A stretch of DNA of 40,073 nt from Desulfobacterales bacterium. GTDB taxonomy: Bacteria; Desulfobacterota; Desulfobacteria; Desulfobacterales; UBA5616. The stretch lies in NCBI GenBank assembly GCA_046483495.1, contig JAWODC010000079.1, positions 1 through 40,073 on the forward strand. Direction: 5' to 3'. The first letter of the stretch is position 1. Every line of letters begins with the position of its first letter. The position numbers and the translations under genes were made by a program. The notes under the pieces are model-generated. The model worked only from the letters and a program-made list of their open reading frames with translations. It had not been told where the DNA came from and made no database searches. This document shows positions 37,495 through 40,073 of this stretch, one piece after another.

Positions 37495-39907
37495 GGAACT
37501 TCCTCTTGCCGTCAACATGCGCCCGACCGTTTTTCAGCATACGGTCGTGAAGCCTCTCCGCTCTGATGCAGAATGCTTCCAGTTTCGCATTGAGCACCTG
37601 GGGGAAGGGCGAACCGTCGCTTTCAATGGAAAGAAACGGCAGGTCGTCCATATCCGCCAGAATGGCATTGAGGCTTTTGTCGTTGCCGTTTAATGACAAT
37701 TTAATCGTTTTGTTCATGGTTTCGGTCAGAATGGCTTCTGAAAGCCGGGTGGGCATGCAGCCGAAAGGACCGATGGAAATAACGCCGCAGGCATGGGCCG
37801 CCACTTCCGTCAACGCGCTCCCAACCGTGAGGATGGTCTCTCCACCCAAAGTGGGTGAAATATATCGACCGCCGTTGGCCATCACCGTTTTGACATCGAC
37901 GAGACGATGGTGAACCAGACCGGACAGTTCCAATTTAGATTTAATTCTGGATTCAAACAGTGCTTTGATGCGGTTTTTCGTAAAAATTCCCAATTTTTGG
38001 TTTAGAGAGAAGGTTTCACAGGACAGGCCTTTCAGCGCCAATGCGTCGAGATAGTAAAGCCATTCGGCAACAGGTGCGCAGTGAACGGCGAACCCTTTCT
38101 TTGCAAGGCGTTCGGTGATGAATTGCCGCGAGATGCCGTCGCGGCGAACGAAAATTTCACCGATCAGGGCGATGACGGGAACCTCCTCCACGGGTTGCTT
38201 GAGGCGGATGTGCCGAAGACGTCCGGAAACACGCTCCAACTGCGTGAGCAGGTACCAGAAATCCCCCTTTTCAAGAACTTGTTTTACCGTATCCCAGGAC
38301 GAATCAAAAACCGACATGGCATCCTCGGGATCGACTGCATTCGCCAGAAGCATTGAACGGATATCCTCCATGACATCGGATACGATTACCGCCCACCAGG
38401 CTCTTCGCTCGAAGGTGTTGCCAAGCCCCGCATAAGTGTTTTCCGAGGTCAGTGAGAAGAGGGCTGTATCGGGTATTTTCAACTTCCGAATCAAATCATT
38501 CATAAAAACCGAGTACTGACCGAATCGGCACGGGCCCTGAGTGGTGGGCATGAAGTATACCAGGAGTTCATCTTCCCTTTTGATATTACGGATGTAATTC
38601 AGCAGTGATCCGGTGGTGAGAATCAAAGGCAGGCATTCCTTGCAGGAGGTGTTGGCGCGCCCGAGCTTTAGAATGGCTTCATCTGCCGGCGGATGCGAGA
38701 AAGAACGGTAGCCGGATCCCTTGAATACGGCGGTAAATGCCTCGGTGGACAGTTTTCCCATGGAGGGAATAAGGAGGGTGATGTTTGGATGGGTAAGGGG
38801 GTACAATTTGCCCGAAGACGATCTGAAAGCCGTGGCGCCGTTTTGGGAAACCAGGGCGGCCGGCGTGAAATCAACGATTTTCGTCAATGCCTGCCGGCTT
38901 GTGCCGATCTGACAATAAGCGGCGACGATATCCAAAAAGGCCTCTATACGGGTTTCCAGCCCCGCATCGGCGGTATGGCTGTCCAGTTCGAGTGTCAAAG
39001 AAGGTTTGCGGCCCATAATATCGCGAAAGTAACCGACCAGAAACGAATCCGGTCCACAGGAGAAATTGGTTATGAAGACGCCGAAGAGTCGGGGGTGGCG
39101 CTGCACCAATCGGGCGGCTTTCATCAGCCGCTGCCCCACACCCCAGTACATGTGGTGCTTGGATTCTTCCGAAGACGCATCGAGAAAATCCCAGGGGATG
39201 ACGGGTACGCCCCGTGACGCCAGCTTATGGGGAATACCCATATGTGCTTCTTGCGGAAAACCGTTGTAGGACCTGCAAAACAGTACAACGCCGATTTTAT
39301 CGGGATTTCGGGCAAGAAAATCGAGCATTTGCCGCCCCTGCTCTCTCATGCTCTCCGTGCATCGGCGCTGCTTTTCAAGAGCCGTTTCAAACGCCCGGGA
39401 TGCAACCGGTTCGTTCATGCCCATTTGCCGTGCAACACCGATGAACACGTTTTTGACGTCTTCTTCTCCAAACGTCATATCGAGAATCGGCGCAAGCAGC
39501 CGAGTGCCTTTCTGCTTGAGAAGATCCAGTTCTTTTTTGAAGGTTGTTTGCAGATAAAACGTTTCTCCCTGGACGATCGGGCACACCTGGGAGGAAAAAT
39601 TGTGTATCTCCGTGGGGAGTGCCTTAAAATAGGGAAGAAAAATATATTCCGGCGGCGGGTCGATGGAAACCAGGGTGTGGAAAAAACCGTGGGCCAGCTC
39701 CCCCGGGTAGCAAAAGGCCGAATTCCTCCGGTCGATGCCGATTTTAGAGGGCGTTTTCGGGAGCACCGGTTCAAACCCCAGTTGGCTGAAGAAGTTCGCA
39801 TAAAGCGGAAAATAGGTATTGACCATAAAGCTCTTGGTGATGCCGATGCGGCCACGATTTTTTGTCATGCCGGAAGGTGCCTCGGCTGTTCCGTAATCCT
39901 CGAAAAT
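37484..39907 (-). CDS. Acyl-CoA dehydratase activase / DUF2229-type multidomain protein, C-terminal part; 5' end lost at the junction
   Basis: FCYPGELAHG, VCPIVQGE, NFSCGPDSF, DSHTADAGLETRIEAF, KECLPLILTTG, GPCRFGQY, PFGCMP. The N-terminal ASKHA ATPase domains expected in this family are missing. Confidence 0.82.
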   Translation of the reverse strand: MFEDYGTAEAPSGMTKNRGRIGITKSFMVNTYFPLYANFFSQLGFEPVLPKTPSKIGIDRRNSAFCYPGELAHGFFHTLVSIDPPPEYIFLPYFKALPTEIHNFSSQVCPIVQGETFYLQTTFKKELDLLKQKGTRLLAPILDMTFGEEDVKNVFIGVARQMGMNEPVASRAFETALEKQRRCTESMREQGRQMLDFLARNPDKIGVVLFCRSYNGFPQEAHMGIPHKLASRGVPVIPWDFLDASSEESKHHMYWGVGQRLMKAARLVQRHPRLFGVFITNFSCGPDSFLVGYFRDIMGRKPSLTLELDSHTADAGLETRIEAFLDIVAAYCQIGTSRQALTKIVDFTPAALVSQNGATAFRSSSGKLYPLTHPNITLLIPSMGKLSTEAFTAVFKGSGYRSFSHPPADEAILKLGRANTSCKECLPLILTTGSLLNYIRNIKREDELLVYFMPTTQGPCRFGQYSVFMNDLIRKLKIPDTALFSLTSENTYAGLGNTFERRAWWAVIVSDVMEDIRSMLLANAVDPEDAMSVFDSSWDTVKQVLEKGDFWYLLTQLERVSGRLRHIRLKQPVEEVPVIALIGEIFVRRDGISRQFITERLAKKGFAVHCAPVAEWLYYLDALALKGLSCETFSLNQKLGIFTKNRIKALFESRIKSKLELSGLVHHRLVDVKTVMANGGRYISPTLGGETILTVGSALTEVAAHACGVISIGPFGCMPTRLSEAILTETMNKTIKLSLNGNDKSLNAILADMDDLPFLSIESDGSPFPQVLNAKLEAFCIRAERLHDRMLKNGRAHVDGKRKFHVV

Positions 39908-39910
39908 ATG

Positions 39911-40012
39911 GGTGTGCCCTTCGCCGAGCGGACGATCCGATTCTGTACGCACTGGGACATCTCCGACGAGGATATCGAGGAGGCGATTGCGGCCGTCGAG
40001 CGTGCGATCTGA
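39911..40012 (+). CDS. C-terminal fragment of a probable low-specificity L-threonine aldolase
   Basis: GVPFAERTIRFCTHWDISDEDIEEAIAAVERAI-stop matches the R-F-x-T-H-x-D tail of this family; there is no upstream homologous sequence. Confidence 0.7.
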   Translation, partial: GVPFAERTIRFCTHWDISDEDIEEAIAAVERAI

Positions 40013-40073
40013 CTGAGGTTTTTGATACTGGTGGCTGTAAATTCGTAAAGATATGCGCCACCCCGGGGTGGCG

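Noticed and set aside
1470..39910. The central 38 kb as an integrated mobile element
   Set aside because: No integrase, transposase, att sites or target duplication. The two flanks do not rejoin into one gene, the inner ends are truncated too, and housekeeping genes such as prfC are inside.
39227..40012. 261-aa plus-strand ORF as a real gene
   Set aside because: Only the last ~33 aa are aldolase-like; the rest is antisense to the activase gene and is fused across the junction.
1..40073. CRISPR arrays, tRNA or rRNA genes, prophage genes
   Set aside because: None seen by eye; a dedicated scan was not possible.

Overview
The window looks like three unrelated pieces joined together. (1) 1-~1469: a LacI-family regulator with its own operator, and the first ~93 codons of a sugar ABC substrate-binding protein. 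(2) ~1470-~39908: a continuous ~38.4 kb segment whose gene content suggests an anaerobic Desulfobacterota-like bacterium (inference). In order it carries a 3'-truncated ASRT (sensory rhodopsin transducer) gene, tkt-zwf, several unannotated gene remnants, a sterol desaturase, an extended arsenic-resistance/thiol-redox operon (arsR, ArsP-type permease, small thioredoxin, Fe-S protein, arsC, YeeE/YedE, membrane-anchored thioredoxin, ccdA, acr3, usp), a ferritin-like gene, a four-subunit group 3b [NiFe]-hydrogenase whose large subunit has no C-terminal extension, hypFCDE divergent from pdhABC-lpdA-lipA, prfC, pncA, an ADP-ribosylglycohydrolase, psiE, fumC and a 5'-truncated CoA-activase-family gene. 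(3) ~39911-40073: the C-terminal codons of a probable threonine aldolase. Both junctions break genes on both sides and show no mobile-element marks, so they are most likely cloning or assembly chimeras. The strongest biological leads are the hydrogenase-hyp-PDH redox module and the arsenic operon with added sulfur-transport and periplasmic thiol-relay genes. All family calls come from motif recognition by eye; no database searches were run.
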